From: Acidobacteriota bacterium
Lineage (GTDB): Bacteria; Acidobacteriota; UBA890; WLXD01
Assembly: GCA_965205505.1 (NCBI GenBank)
Contig: CBDBHB010000009.1
Location: forward strand, 1,504,001 to 1,568,000
Length of the DNA stretch: 64,000 nucleotides
Direction: 5' to 3'
Shown here one piece after another: positions 10,614 to 20,893 of this stretch. The position numbers were made by a program, and so were the translations under genes. The notes beneath the pieces were generated by a model that ran no database searches, had not been told where the DNA came from, and was given only the letters and a program-made list of their open reading frames with translations. How positions within the stretch are numbered: the first letter of the stretch is position 1; every line of letters begins with the position of its first letter.

Positions 10614-10892
10614 CTAGCAGGCCGTGGTGAAAGTGTGGTGGGTCTGGCGACAGGGTCTTGCGAAGTGCAGGCAAGGAGAGAGGAGGAGGCGATGGTTACC
10701 GCATCGTTGACGAGGAACGACGCAGCATACGCGCGCAACCCCCTGTCGCCCGAAGGGTTACGGCGATTTGGGGCCATCTGCAGCGTTGCCCTTCCTCGAC
10801 GATGGCTAGGGCATCGCCTGTGTCAGGCCGCCTTGCATCTGGCCCCAACTCGCCGTAACCAGACCCACTACACTTTCACCATGGCCTGCTAG
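10614..10892. mobile_element. MITE-like element, family A, long (279 bp) form
   Basis: Same TIRs as 7285-7465 in opposite orientation, plus an extra 98 bp hairpin (10761-10858). CTAG at both ends. Confidence 0.85.
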
Positions 10893-10947
10893 GTCGCGGT
10901 TGACGGACCCTCGCCGACTGCGAAGCTCCGGTGCGCGCTAGCGCGCT

Positions 10948-11727
10948 TCAAATGCCCACCAGGTTGGGGCGAAGCTTGCGGTAGCCCTGTTCGCTGGCCC
11001 ACAGATCCAGCGGCAGGGCGACGATCTCGTCGACATCGGCGACGGCGCGCGGATCGGCCACCAGGCTGACGACGTGCAGGTAACGGTTGCAGCTCTCGCA
11101 GGCGCGAACCTGAAGCTGTGCGAGGTCGTCGGTTCCGTACCACGCCAGCCGGCCGTCGTCGGCTTGACTACACGCTGGGCAGCGGACACGAGGGAACGTC
11201 CATTCCGCCAGGCACAGCGAACAGATAAGGCTCAGGGCGGTGCCGTCGCTGCTGGTGCGCAAGCAGCCGACCTGCGGGGCCTGACCGCACCTCGGACAGG
11301 TGTCGACGGAGACGCCGGGGTTGGCGTCGCGGTGCTTGCAACCTGCCGCACCGACGGCTGCCGCCGGGCCCAGCAGCACGCGCGCGAAAAAGCTGCGCGG
11401 CGACTCGATATCGTCGCCGCGCCGGTGCGCCTCGAAGGCGAGCTCGCATTCCGCGGCGTCGAAGCGTCGGGCGGCGTGGCGCAATGGAGCGGGCGCGATC
11501 TGCGCGATCAGCTCCACCAGATCGGACCGGGATTCCGCCGGCGCCGCTGCCGAGACCCGCGCTTGGAATGCGGCGATGTCGGCGTAGAACTCCAGCGCCT
11601 GGCGCGCCGCCGGGTGGGACTCGGCAAGCGCCCGGGCACGGGCCTCGCGGCGCACGCAGAGGGAGCCGAAGTCCGGTTGCTCTGGTGGCGGCGCGGTCAG
11701 CGGAATGTCACTCTGTGGCGGCGGCAC
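10948..11727 (-). CDS. fdhE: Formate dehydrogenase accessory protein FdhE
   Basis: CPRCG, CSLCLAEW, CPAC and CESC Cys pairs; ends DLWASEQGYRKLRPNL; last gene of the fdn operon. Confidence 0.9.
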   Translation of the reverse strand: MPPPQSDIPLTAPPPEQPDFGSLCVRREARARALAESHPAARQALEFYADIAAFQARVSAAAPAESRSDLVELIAQIAPAPLRHAARRFDAAECELAFEAHRRGDDIESPRSFFARVLLGPAAAVGAAGCKHRDANPGVSVDTCPRCGQAPQVGCLRTSSDGTALSLICSLCLAEWTFPRVRCPACSQADDGRLAWYGTDDLAQLQVRACESCNRYLHVVSLVADPRAVADVDEIVALPLDLWASEQGYRKLRPNLVGI

Positions 11728-11752
11728 GCTGCTTTCGATGTCGGCAGCGCGC

Positions 11753-12379
11753 TCAGCGCCCGGAGATCTTGGCGTACCACTTGGCGTGATGCGAGGCCGC
11801 CCAGTCGGCGCTCACCCAGCCGCGAGTCATGGCGCGGAGGGAGCCAGGGATCGCCGCCACCGCCATGTAGATGTGGACGATGATGCCGCCGATGGCGACG
11901 ATCGCGGCGAGCGGGTGGATCAGCAGGGCAGCGAACGTCAGGCCGCGCGGTGCCGTTCCCGGAAACCACATCACCAGGCCGCTGGTCAGCAACGCAACAG
12001 CCGCCAGCGACTGCGCCCAGAACAGCATCTTCTGCCCGCCGTGGAAGCGGCCCGACTCGGGCATTCCGGCAGCGTCGTTCATGGCGTAGCGATGCGACTG
12101 CCGCAGCCACCTGCGGTCGTCGGCATCGACGCGCATCTGTCGCGCCCAACTCACGAACATCAGGCCGAGCACCGCGGCGAACAGGAGACCGCCCCATGGG
12201 TGCCCCCAGCGCGTCACCTCGCCGCCGCCGAATACCGTCGCCAGCCACAGCAGCTTCGGGCTCCAGAGCGATAGCCCGGTCGCTGTGGCATAGGCGAAGC
12301 TGCCAGCAACTAACCAGTGAACGGCCCGCTCGCGGAACGAGAAACGCTCGATGTGGTCGTGCTGGCGCGGCACGCTCAC
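11753..12379 (-). CDS. fdnI: Formate dehydrogenase-N cytochrome b (gamma) subunit
   Basis: RFSFRERAVHW, GRFHGGQK, HIYMA and WAASHHAKW motifs. GTG start overlaps the fdnH stop. Confidence 0.9.
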   Translation of the reverse strand: MSVPRQHDHIERFSFRERAVHWLVAGSFAYATATGLSLWSPKLLWLATVFGGGEVTRWGHPWGGLLFAAVLGLMFVSWARQMRVDADDRRWLRQSHRYAMNDAAGMPESGRFHGGQKMLFWAQSLAAVALLTSGLVMWFPGTAPRGLTFAALLIHPLAAIVAIGGIIVHIYMAVAAIPGSLRAMTRGWVSADWAASHHAKWYAKISGR

Positions 12380-13175
12380 GCCTCGCCACCGTGCTCTTGG
12401 CCGAGAGGGCCGACGCGCAAGTAGTGCAGCAGCACCCCCAGCAGGCCGCCGAAGAAGACCAGATTGCCCAGCCACTTCACCGGACCCTTCCACAGCTTCA
12501 CCGTCCAGTGCACGGTGGGGTTCGCCGGCAGCCCGTAGATCTGCGGCTGCGAGGCGTCCTTGAGCACGTACAGTACGTTGGTGCCACCGACGCCGAGCGG
12601 GTTGTAGACGCCGGCGCTCTGGTGACCGGCGCCGCGAAGATCCTCGGCACGGTTCTCGGCTACTTGCAGAAGGTCGTCGCGAGTACCGAAGGTGAGGCAG
12701 CTCGTCGGACAAGCCTTGACGCATGCGGGCTCCAGGCCCACCGATGTGCTGGTCGGAGCACAGCGTGCACTTGTAGGACCTTCTGCGTAACCGGCGACAG
12801 GCGAGGGATGTCGAACGGGCAGCCGGCGATGCAATAGCCACAGCCGATGCACAGGTTGTGGTCGAAATCGACGATGCCGTTGTCGTGCCGGAAGATCGCC
12901 CCCGGGACGGGGCAAACGTCCATGCACCCAGGTTCTACACAGTGCATGCACTGGTACTTGGAGAAGATCCAGTCGAGGCTGTTGTCCTCGTGCTCGATCT
13001 CTTTGAACTTGATCAGGTTCCAGAAGTCGTGGCGCACTTCGGGCATCGTTTGATAGGTGCCGTCGAATGTACCGTAGGTGGTTCCCTGGTCGTTCCATTG
13101 CTGACAGGCGGCCTCGCAGGCCTTGCAGCCGATGCAAGTGGTGGTGTCGATCAGCTTGGCGACGATCTCGGCCAT
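12376..13175 (-). CDS. fdnH: Formate dehydrogenase-N iron-sulfur (beta) subunit, with two +1 frameshifts near 12780 and 12750
   Basis: CIGCKACEAAC, CMHCVEPGC, CIGCGYCIAGCPF, KCTLC and EPACVKACP spread over three frames; C-terminal TM anchor. Removing two single bases restores KVYKCTLCSDRTSVGLEPAC. Confidence 0.88.
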
Positions 13176-13179
13176 GAGC

Positions 13180-16100
13180 TCAGAGCTTCTCCAGATTCAC
13201 CAGGAACCCTTTGTACTCGGGCGTACCGGAGTTGGGGTCGAGCACCGAGGGCGTCAGGTTGTTCACCAATGGCCCGCGCACCCGGCCGACGAAGCCCCAG
13301 TGGATCGGAATCCCCACCTGGTAGACGGGCCGCTCAGCCACCTGCAGGGCGCGCAACCGCTTGGTCACCATTGCCGGGCCCTCGACCCTGCCGCGCGCCG
13401 CCGTGACGGCGACGCGATCGCCGCTGGTAATACCCTTCTCGCGCGCTAGCCCCTCGGGCACCTCGACGAAGAACTCCGACTGCAGCTGCGAGTTGGCGGC
13501 CACGTGCTTGGTCCAGTAGTGGTAGTGCTCGGTGAGCCTGAAGGTCACCGCCACATAGGGGTACTCGTCGGCGCTGCCCAGCGGGTCGAGCTCGCCATCC
13601 ATGATGATTGCCATCGGGTTGGCGTTGACTGTCGGGTGCAGCAGATTGTCGACGGGCGATTCCACCGGCTCGTAGTGCTCCGGGAACGGTCCCTCGACGA
13701 AGTCCGGCGCGAACAGCTTCGCCACACCTTCGGCGAGCATGATGAACGAGCCGTACTGTTCGGGTGGTGCGGTCGCCGCGTAGTCGGCAACGTCACCGAG
13801 ATAGCGGCCTTGGTCCCAGCGGATCGGCGCGCGCGTTGCGTCCCACGGCCGCCCGTTGGCGTCGGCCGAGGCGCGGTTATAGAGCACGCGGCGATTGGCG
13901 GGCCAACTCCAGGCGTAGTCGGCGAACAGACCCAGCCCGGTCGGATCTTCCTGGCCGTGCCGATCCATCATGTTGCCGTCCTCGTTGAAGGAGCCCGAGT
14001 ACAGCCAGTTGCCGCAGAGTGTCGATCCGTCGGCGCGCAGCTCGCCGAAGCCGGCCACCTGGCGGGCATCACCTATCGACCGGCCGCTGATTTCTTTGGC
14101 CACCTCGGTCAGCGACGGCGACACCGCGTTGCCGTAGTCCCAGGCGATGTTCAGCAGCGGATCCGGCGCCGTGCCGCCCTCCTGCCGGTACAGCTCGCGC
14201 AGCTTCAGGAACAGCCGGGCGATGATCTCCTGGTCGTTCATGGCGTCGCCCGGCGGCGGCAGGGCAGCGTCTTTCCATTGCAGCCAGCGCGATGAGTTCA
14301 CGAAGGTGCCGTCCTTCTCCGCAAAGCAGCCGGCCGGCAGCAGGAAGACCTCGGTGTCGATGTCGGCCGGGTCCAGCGCGCCCGGGTAGTACTCGCCGGC
14401 GAGCTCCTGTGCCTTCCAGAACGCCGCCGTCTCGGTCTCGAAGTTCTCGACCACGATCATCCACTCGAGCTTGCCGAGCGCGTCGATCATCTTCGGGGTG
14501 TTGGGGCCGTTGGCCACCGGGTTCATACCGAACGTGATCAGCCCTTCCATCTCGCCCTTCGACATGCGGTCGAAGATCTGCCCCCAGCTGTGGTCGGCGT
14601 TCTCGTCGAGCTTCGGCAGCCAGTCGTAGCCGAAGTCGTTCGAGGCCTCGGCGTTGGCTCCGTAGTAGGCCTTGAGCAAGCTGGCCATGAAGCGCGGCGT
14701 GCTGCCCCAGTAGTTCATCGAGTTCGGACGCAGCGCTCGCGGCGAGTTGGCGGCGTTGTACTCGGCCAGCGACGTCCACTGCGCCCGTGGGACCTTCAGA
14801 TAGCCCGGCAACATGTTCCAGGCGCCCATATCGGTGGCGCCCTGGATGTTGGAGTGGCCGCGCTGGGCGTTGACCCCACCGCCGGGCATGCCGACGTTGC
14901 CAAGCAATAGCTGCAACATCGCGGCACAGTGGATCAGCTGCACCGAATGGCTGTGCTGGGTCCAGCCAAGCGCGTACAGGATCGTGCCGGAGCGGCCCGC
15001 ACGGCCGGACGAGGTGATCACCTCGGCGGCGCGCTCGAACTCCTCGGCGGTGCAGCCGCTGATCGATGCGACGACGTCGGAGGTGTAGCGCGAGTAGTGG
15101 CGCGCCATGAGCTGGAACACACAGCGCGGATGCTGCAGCGTGGGATCGACGCGGGCGTGGCCGCGGGAGTCGAGCTCGTAGCTCCAGGTCGACTTGTCGT
15201 AGGCCTTGCGTTCCGCGTCCCAGCCCGAGAAGTGCCCGTCCTCGAAACCGAAGCCGTCCTGGATCAGGAACGCGGCATTGGTGTGCTGTGCGACGTACTC
15301 TCGGTGGTAGCGATCGTTGCTCAGCGCGTAGTTGATTAGCCCGCCGAGGAAGGCGATGTCGCTGCCGGCGCGGATGGCGACGTACTCATCGGAGACCGCC
15401 GCCGTGCGGTTGAAGCGCGGGTCGATGCATACCAGCTTGGCGTTGCGGTTCTTCTTGGCCTGCATGACGAAGCGGAATCCCACCGGATGGTTCTCGGCCG
15501 GGTTGCCCCCCATGACTAAAATCACATCGGCGTTGGCGACGTCCGTCCAGCCGTTGGTCATTGCCCCGCGACCGAACGTGGCGGCCAGACTGGCCACCGT
15601 GGGGCCGTGTCATAAACGTGCCTGGTTCTCGTACGGCAGGATCCCGAGGCCGAAGCGCAGCTTGCCGAGCAGGTAGTTGACCTCGTTGGTGTCGGTACAG
15701 CCGCCGATCAGCGCCAGGTTGGTGAGGCGGTTTACCGTACGGCCCTGCGCGTCGCGCTCCTCGAACCCGGCGTCACGTGTGTCCTTGATGCGGCGCGCCA
15801 TGCGATCGAGAGCCTCGTCCCATGAGATGGGCTCGAAATCCGTCCCCCCGGGGGCGCGGTACAGGGGTCGTTCCAGCCTGCGGTCATTGTTGACATAGTC
15901 CTTCAGGCTGATGCCCTTCGGGCAAAGCGTGCCGCGGTTGATCGGGCTGTCGGGATCGCCCTCGATGTGTACCACCGTTGGCTTCACGTTGTCGGCACGA
16001 TCGCCGAGCGTGTGGATGACGACGCTGCAGCCGACGGCGCAATAGGGGCAAATGCTGTGGGTCTGTGTGGTGCGCGCGATCTTGAGCTGGCGGACCGCGG

Positions 16101-16194
16101 CGTGTGCTGGGCGCAGATCGAAGCCGAACGCGGTGGTCGCGATTGCCGCCGCGCCTGCCTTGAACAGCTGCCGTCTCGATACGTCCACACCCAT
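13180..16194 (-). CDS. fdnG: Selenocysteine-containing formate dehydrogenase-N alpha subunit (Tat-exported), UGA/Sec at 15612-15610
   Basis: Tat signal SRRQLFK, CPYCAVGC, then ENQARL-UGA-HGPTVASLAATFGRGAMTN in frame across two track ORFs (~1004 aa). RGHSNIQG motif present. Confidence 0.93.
15580..15609 (-). promoter_or_regulatory. Bacterial SECIS element of fdnG
   Basis: UGA, then 11 nt (CACGGCCCCAC), then the stem-loop GGUGGCCA-GUC-UGGCCGCC. Spacing and loop match the E. coli fdhF/fdnG SECIS pattern. Confidence 0.88.
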
Positions 16195-16439
16195 TCGCTC
16201 GCCACCCCGACACGTTGATCCTACGGCGTTTCTTGGAGTATCAACGAAGCCGCTCTGCCGAGACTATACCTGTCCGCGAGCGTATTGTGAGAATGGCGGC
16301 GATTGAGTCGCCCTCGCGCCGGGCGCCTGGTCGTCCACCGAGCGTCGTCGATGTCGTCACGATGGATGCCCCGGAGCACGCTACATGTACCCTCAGCGAA
16401 CGTATCCGGCCGCGCGTATCGGAGGCTTGAACCAAAACC

Positions 16440-16973
16440 ATGAGACGCCCTGCGCCGTCGGCGTTCGTGCTGATAGTCGGGATGTGCGGTGCCGCCGGAG
16501 CGTCGCCGAGCGCCGCGTCGCAGCAGCCGTCGGCGGCTGATCGGGCAATCACGTCGCCCATCCGGCGCCAGATCATCGCCCCGACGGCAGCGACCAGCGA
16601 CGTCAAGGCAACGCGGCGAACGCTTGCCGAGACCCTGGAGTTTTGCCTATCCAACAGCGACAAGCGCGCCCTGTCGGCGCACCACATAACCGACGGGTGG
16701 GAGCGTCACTTCAACGCCGATCGGCTGCAGACCACGGCGTCCACCTTCAAGACGTTGGTGCTGATTGGCTACGCGGAGGCGGTGGCCGATGGACGCGTCG
16801 CGCCGCACGGCGCGCCGGGGGGACGCGCGATCAACCCCGACAAGCTCATGACGCTGTCCGGCGCGACCACCGTCTCGGTGGCCGACAAATTCCTCCTCGG
16901 CGTCGTCGATCCGAACGGCAAGCTCAAGGAGAACGTGGAGAACAACAACGTTGCCTACCAGAGAATCCGTTAG
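16440..16973 (+). pseudogene. Internally deleted secreted protein: serine beta-lactamase-like fragment fused to a CARDB-like C-terminal fragment
   Basis: Signal peptide; FNADRLQTTASTFKTLVL carries an SxxK motif but the rest of the fold is missing; ends VVDPNGKLKENVENNN (CARDB-like). Confidence 0.55.
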
Positions 16974-17052
16974 CAGTTGGGATGCCTGCGCTTGACTCAC
17001 TGAAGATCATAGATAGTCATTGTTTGTCGATGATTAGTCGCTGAATTTCGAG

Positions 17053-17826
17053 ATGGCCGTGTCGCCTGTCGGTGCGCTACGTTACCCACTCAGCCTCGGG
17101 CGCCGTTGTCTGCTTTCGGCTTCGCTGGCTGCCGGCCTGGTGGCCAGCTCTTTGTCCGTCCCGGCTGCGTCGCAAGAGGGGACAACGGTGCACGACGCGG
17201 TGTTCAGCAGCGCGCAAGTCGAACGCGGCCAGGTCAGCTACGAGACCCACTGCGCCTCCTGTCACGGCGCCGATCTCGGGGGCGACAGCGCCGGCGCTCT
17301 TGTCGGAGAGGACTTTCTGCGTAGCTGGACCGGCCTGTCGCTCAGCGGGCTGTTCGAGTTCGTCCAGGCCATGCCTCCAGAAGCCGCGTCGAGCCTCGGC
17401 GACCAGACCTATCTGGACATCCTCAGCCACATCCTCCACACCAACGGGTTTCCGACCGGAGCGGAGGACCTGCGTACCGACGTCCTGGCGGCGGTGCTGC
17501 TGCAGGGCACCGAAGGCCCTCAGGAAGTACCCGACTACTCGCTGGTGCAGGTGGTCGGTTGTCTGACCCGAGGATCCGACGACGCATGGATCGTGACTCA
17601 AGCGAGCGTCCCGATCCGCACCCGGAACCCCGCGGCATCGACCGGCGGCGCGCTGCTGGGCGCGAGTTCGGTGGCCCGCGGCTCGGCGTCCTTCGAGCTG
17701 TTGAACGTGTTTCCGCGCCCGGACGATCTGCAAGGACGCCGCGTCGAGGTGAAGGGCTTTCTTATCCGCGGCGATCGGGACGCGCTCAACGTCACGGCAT
17801 TGTCGAGTTTGTCAGCACCCTGCTAG
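17053..17826 (+). CDS. Periplasmic monoheme cytochrome c with a C-terminal VVGCL-type domain
   Basis: Signal peptide, CASCH heme motif, distal MPP. Stop codon lies in the CTAG of the adjacent MITE. Confidence 0.85.
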   Translation: MAVSPVGALRYPLSLGRRCLLSASLAAGLVASSLSVPAASQEGTTVHDAVFSSAQVERGQVSYETHCASCHGADLGGDSAGALVGEDFLRSWTGLSLSGLFEFVQAMPPEAASSLGDQTYLDILSHILHTNGFPTGAEDLRTDVLAAVLLQGTEGPQEVPDYSLVQVVGCLTRGSDDAWIVTQASVPIRTRNPAASTGGALLGASSVARGSASFELLNVFPRPDDLQGRRVEVKGFLIRGDRDALNVTALSSLSAPC

Positions 17827-18007
17827 TGGCCTGTAACAGATGATCGTTGCATTTCGCCGCCATCCTACGGACAGATGGGCAGTTGCGGGCGATATCGGCG
17901 TTGCGCCTCGTCGACGATGCCCACCGCATCGACATCCTAGCCGCGCCTTGATCTCACCCGCAAATCCCATCTGCGATATGCAACGATCATCTGTTACAGG
18001 CCACTAG
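17823..18007. mobile_element. MITE-like element, family B, short (185 bp) form
   Basis: 30 bp TIRs CTAGTGGCCTGTAACAGATGATCGTTGCAT / ATGCAACGATCATCTGTTACAGGCCACTAG; related ends at 28510-28788. Confidence 0.85.
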
Positions 18008-19524
18008 TGTCCAGCGCTCGTTTCCCCCTCCGGCTGAGCGACCGGATCGATGCCCTCACGGAGCATGATGTCGAGGATTGCTGCGGCGGTGGGCCGTGAG
18101 CTGATGATGTTCATACCCCGGTGGACACCTTCGGCGATCTCGAGTGGCGTCCAGCCCCTCGAGTTCTGCCGATTCCAGACGGCAACGTCAGCTCCCTCGT
18201 CGGCGAGCAGCCGGACGACCTCGGGTACCGCCTTGTAGGCGGCGCCGTGCATCGCTGTCTCGCCCTTGAGGTCCACGGCGTTGATGTTGCCTCCTAGCTC
18301 GAGTGCCAGCCTGACGGCCTCGATCACCTCGGGCTCTGTGCCCGGATCCTCGCCCGGTGACGAGGTGCCGAGGCCGGCGGCAACCATTAGCGCCGTCGAC
18401 CCATCGTCGTTGGTCAGCAGCGGATCGGCCCCCAACTCGACGAGGAGGCGCATGTAGTCGGCGTCGGCCGTCCGTGCGGCCAGCAGAAACGGCGTCCCAC
18501 CCACGAAGTTCAGCGCCGTAATTCCGGCGGGCGGACGCTTGGTTACCCGTGCGTTCACGTCCGCACCGGCCGCCACGAGCTTGCGGACAAGCTCGAGGCT
18601 CTCCATGTCACCCGAGCCCTCGGGCGCCGGGTTGTTGCTTCCGGCGATGCCCGCCTTCCGTACCCACGTGACCTGGTGGAGGGCGGTCCAGCCGCGCGGC
18701 GCCGCGTTCGGGTCGGCGCCGCGATCCAGGAGCTTGGCAGCGAGCTCGTAGTGCGCGTTGCCGACGGCCAGCAGAAAGGCGTTGACCCCCACGTCGGAGG
18801 ACGAGTCTCGTTCTAGACCGCCCGCGGTCCGCCGTGCATTCACTGTTAGCGACTCGTCGAGGCTGGACCCGGCATCCAGCAGGGCCTCGACGGCTCCGAT
18901 GTGCCCTTCGCGGGCTGCGAACAGCAACGCGGTGAACGCCTTCTCGGAGGCGGCGTGGACGTCCGCATCATGCGCGAGTAGCGCCTTGATCACGTCGATG
19001 TGGCCCTCTGCGGCGGCCCACATCAGCGCCGTCTGCCCGCGCCAGCTCTCGGTCGCATTGATGCGGGCTCCGTGCGCGAGCAGAAGCTCGACCGCCGGCA
19101 AGCTACCGGTGCGGGCAGCTGTCATCAGGACGGTCTCGCCCTCCGCGAGCGTGGCGTTCACGTCGGCGCCCGCGTCTAGCAGCGCCAGGATGATCGACGC
19201 GTCGCCGTTGACGGCGGCGAGGGAGATCGGCTGCACGCCGTAACGGTTCGTCGAGGTGGCGGTGGCACCCGCCGCCAGCAGCAACTCGATCACTTCGGCG
19301 TCGTTTCGATACGCGGCCCAGTGAAGCGCGGTCGTCCCGTCTGCCTCGGGCTCGTCGACGTCGACGCCCTCTGACAGCAACGACCGAACGGCTGCTGCGT
19401 CGGTGCGCTTGACGGCGTCGACCAGAGCCGCATCGGCGGCCGCGGCGCTGCTGCCGGCGGCGACCACAAAGACGACGGTCGCGGCAAGGGAACGGAGCAT
19501 GCTCAGCTTCAATGCGGTGATCAT
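18004..19524 (-). CDS. Secreted ankyrin-repeat protein
   Basis: Signal peptide; repeated GxTALHWAA / GETVLMTAA / LLxxGADVN ankyrin motifs. Confidence 0.9.
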   Translation of the reverse strand: MITALKLSMLRSLAATVVFVVAAGSSAAAADAALVDAVKRTDAAAVRSLLSEGVDVDEPEADGTTALHWAAYRNDAEVIELLLAAGATATSTNRYGVQPISLAAVNGDASIILALLDAGADVNATLAEGETVLMTAARTGSLPAVELLLAHGARINATESWRGQTALMWAAAEGHIDVIKALLAHDADVHAASEKAFTALLFAAREGHIGAVEALLDAGSSLDESLTVNARRTAGGLERDSSSDVGVNAFLLAVGNAHYELAAKLLDRGADPNAAPRGWTALHQVTWVRKAGIAGSNNPAPEGSGDMESLELVRKLVAAGADVNARVTKRPPAGITALNFVGGTPFLLAARTADADYMRLLVELGADPLLTNDDGSTALMVAAGLGTSSPGEDPGTEPEVIEAVRLALELGGNINAVDLKGETAMHGAAYKAVPEVVRLLADEGADVAVWNRQNSRGWTPLEIAEGVHRGMNIISSRPTAAAILDIMLREGIDPVAQPEGETSAGH

Positions 19525-19546
19525 GTCACACCCGAATATCGAGCCA

Positions 19547-20893
19547 TCACAGGCTCATCGGCGCGAGCACTTCGCCCGCCCGGCCGGTGCTGTCGACGAA
19601 GCTGTCCAGGTGCACCCCGACGTGATCCAGCAGCGCCAGGTGCAAGTTTGCCAGCGGCATGGCCTCGTCGTACTTGATATGCCACCCACCCTTGACCTGC
19701 CCGGCGCCGCCGCGGGCAACTACGATCGGCAGGTTGGTGTGGTCGTGCACATCCGGGTTGCCCATCCCGCTCCCCAGCAGATAGGTCGTGTGGTCGAGCA
19801 GCGTGCCGTCGCCATCCGGGGTCGACCGCAACCTCTCGAGCAGATACCCGAAGAGCGAGACGTGATGTGCGTTGATCTTGGCCAGCTTGGCCAGCTTGAC
19901 GGGGTCGTTGACGTGATGAGACACGGGATGATGGGGCTCCGGCACGCCGATTTGCGCGTAAGTTCTCGTGCTGCCCTCGCGCGCCAGCTGAAACGTGATA
20001 ATCCGGGTCATGTCGGCCTGCAGTGCCAGCACCTGCAGATCGAACATCAGCTTGACGTGCTCCTCCCACGACTCGGGCACGCTGGCGGGACGATCGAGGC
20101 CCGGAAGCGGCGTCGAGTCGGCATGTTGCTCGGCCCGCTGGATGCGGCGCTCGACCTCGCGCACCGTATCGAGGTACTCGTCGACCTTGGCACGATCTCC
20201 ACCCCCGAGCTTCGCCTGCAGCCGGATCATGTCGTTCATCACCCAGTCGAGGATGCTGGCGTTTGTCTTCATCTGTGCCTGGCGCTGCTCGAGCGTGCCG
20301 CCGTCACCGAACAATCGCTCGAAGACGGCGCGCGGGTCGGATTCCGGCGGCAGCGGCGTCGTTGGTGACGACCACGACAAGCTGTTCATGTAGACGCAGG
20401 CGTAGCCGTTGTCGCAGTTGCCAACCTGCGCAATCAGATCGGTGCCCAGCTCGAGCGAGGGAATCGGCGTCGCCCCGCCGATCTGCGCTGCCGCGATCTG
20501 GTCGACGGTCGTGCCCAGCTGGTAGTCGCTACCTTCGGTGCGCTTGCCCCCGGTACAGCTCAGGAACGCAGCATTGGACGACGCGTGATTTCCGGTCGTG
20601 TAGGCGTTGCGCAGCTCCGTGTTGGTGACCACGGTCAGGTGATCGAGGTAGGGGGTGAGCGAAGCCAAAGACGGTGACAGCTCGGTGATGGCGCCCTCTC
20701 CCTTGGGAATCCACGGCAGTGGGTTCATTCCCATCGGGATGAACACATATCCGAGCCGCCGCACGGGGTTCGCCGCGGTTCCGACCTGTGCGGACAGCGC
20801 CGGCACCATGGCGTCCAACAGGGGAAGCGCCAGAGTGGCGCCGACACCGCGCAGGAACGTGCGGCGCGGCAAGGCCATTTTGGTGACGATCAT
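19547..20893 (-). CDS. DUF1552 family protein with a Tat-like signal
   Basis: LPRRTFLRGVGATLALPLLDAM, TTVDQIAA, SLELG, HHPVSHH and HDHTNLP motifs. Confidence 0.85.
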   Translation of the reverse strand: MIVTKMALPRRTFLRGVGATLALPLLDAMVPALSAQVGTAANPVRRLGYVFIPMGMNPLPWIPKGEGAITELSPSLASLTPYLDHLTVVTNTELRNAYTTGNHASSNAAFLSCTGGKRTEGSDYQLGTTVDQIAAAQIGGATPIPSLELGTDLIAQVGNCDNGYACVYMNSLSWSSPTTPLPPESDPRAVFERLFGDGGTLEQRQAQMKTNASILDWVMNDMIRLQAKLGGGDRAKVDEYLDTVREVERRIQRAEQHADSTPLPGLDRPASVPESWEEHVKLMFDLQVLALQADMTRIITFQLAREGSTRTYAQIGVPEPHHPVSHHVNDPVKLAKLAKINAHHVSLFGYLLERLRSTPDGDGTLLDHTTYLLGSGMGNPDVHDHTNLPIVVARGGAGQVKGGWHIKYDEAMPLANLHLALLDHVGVHLDSFVDSTGRAGEVLAPMSL

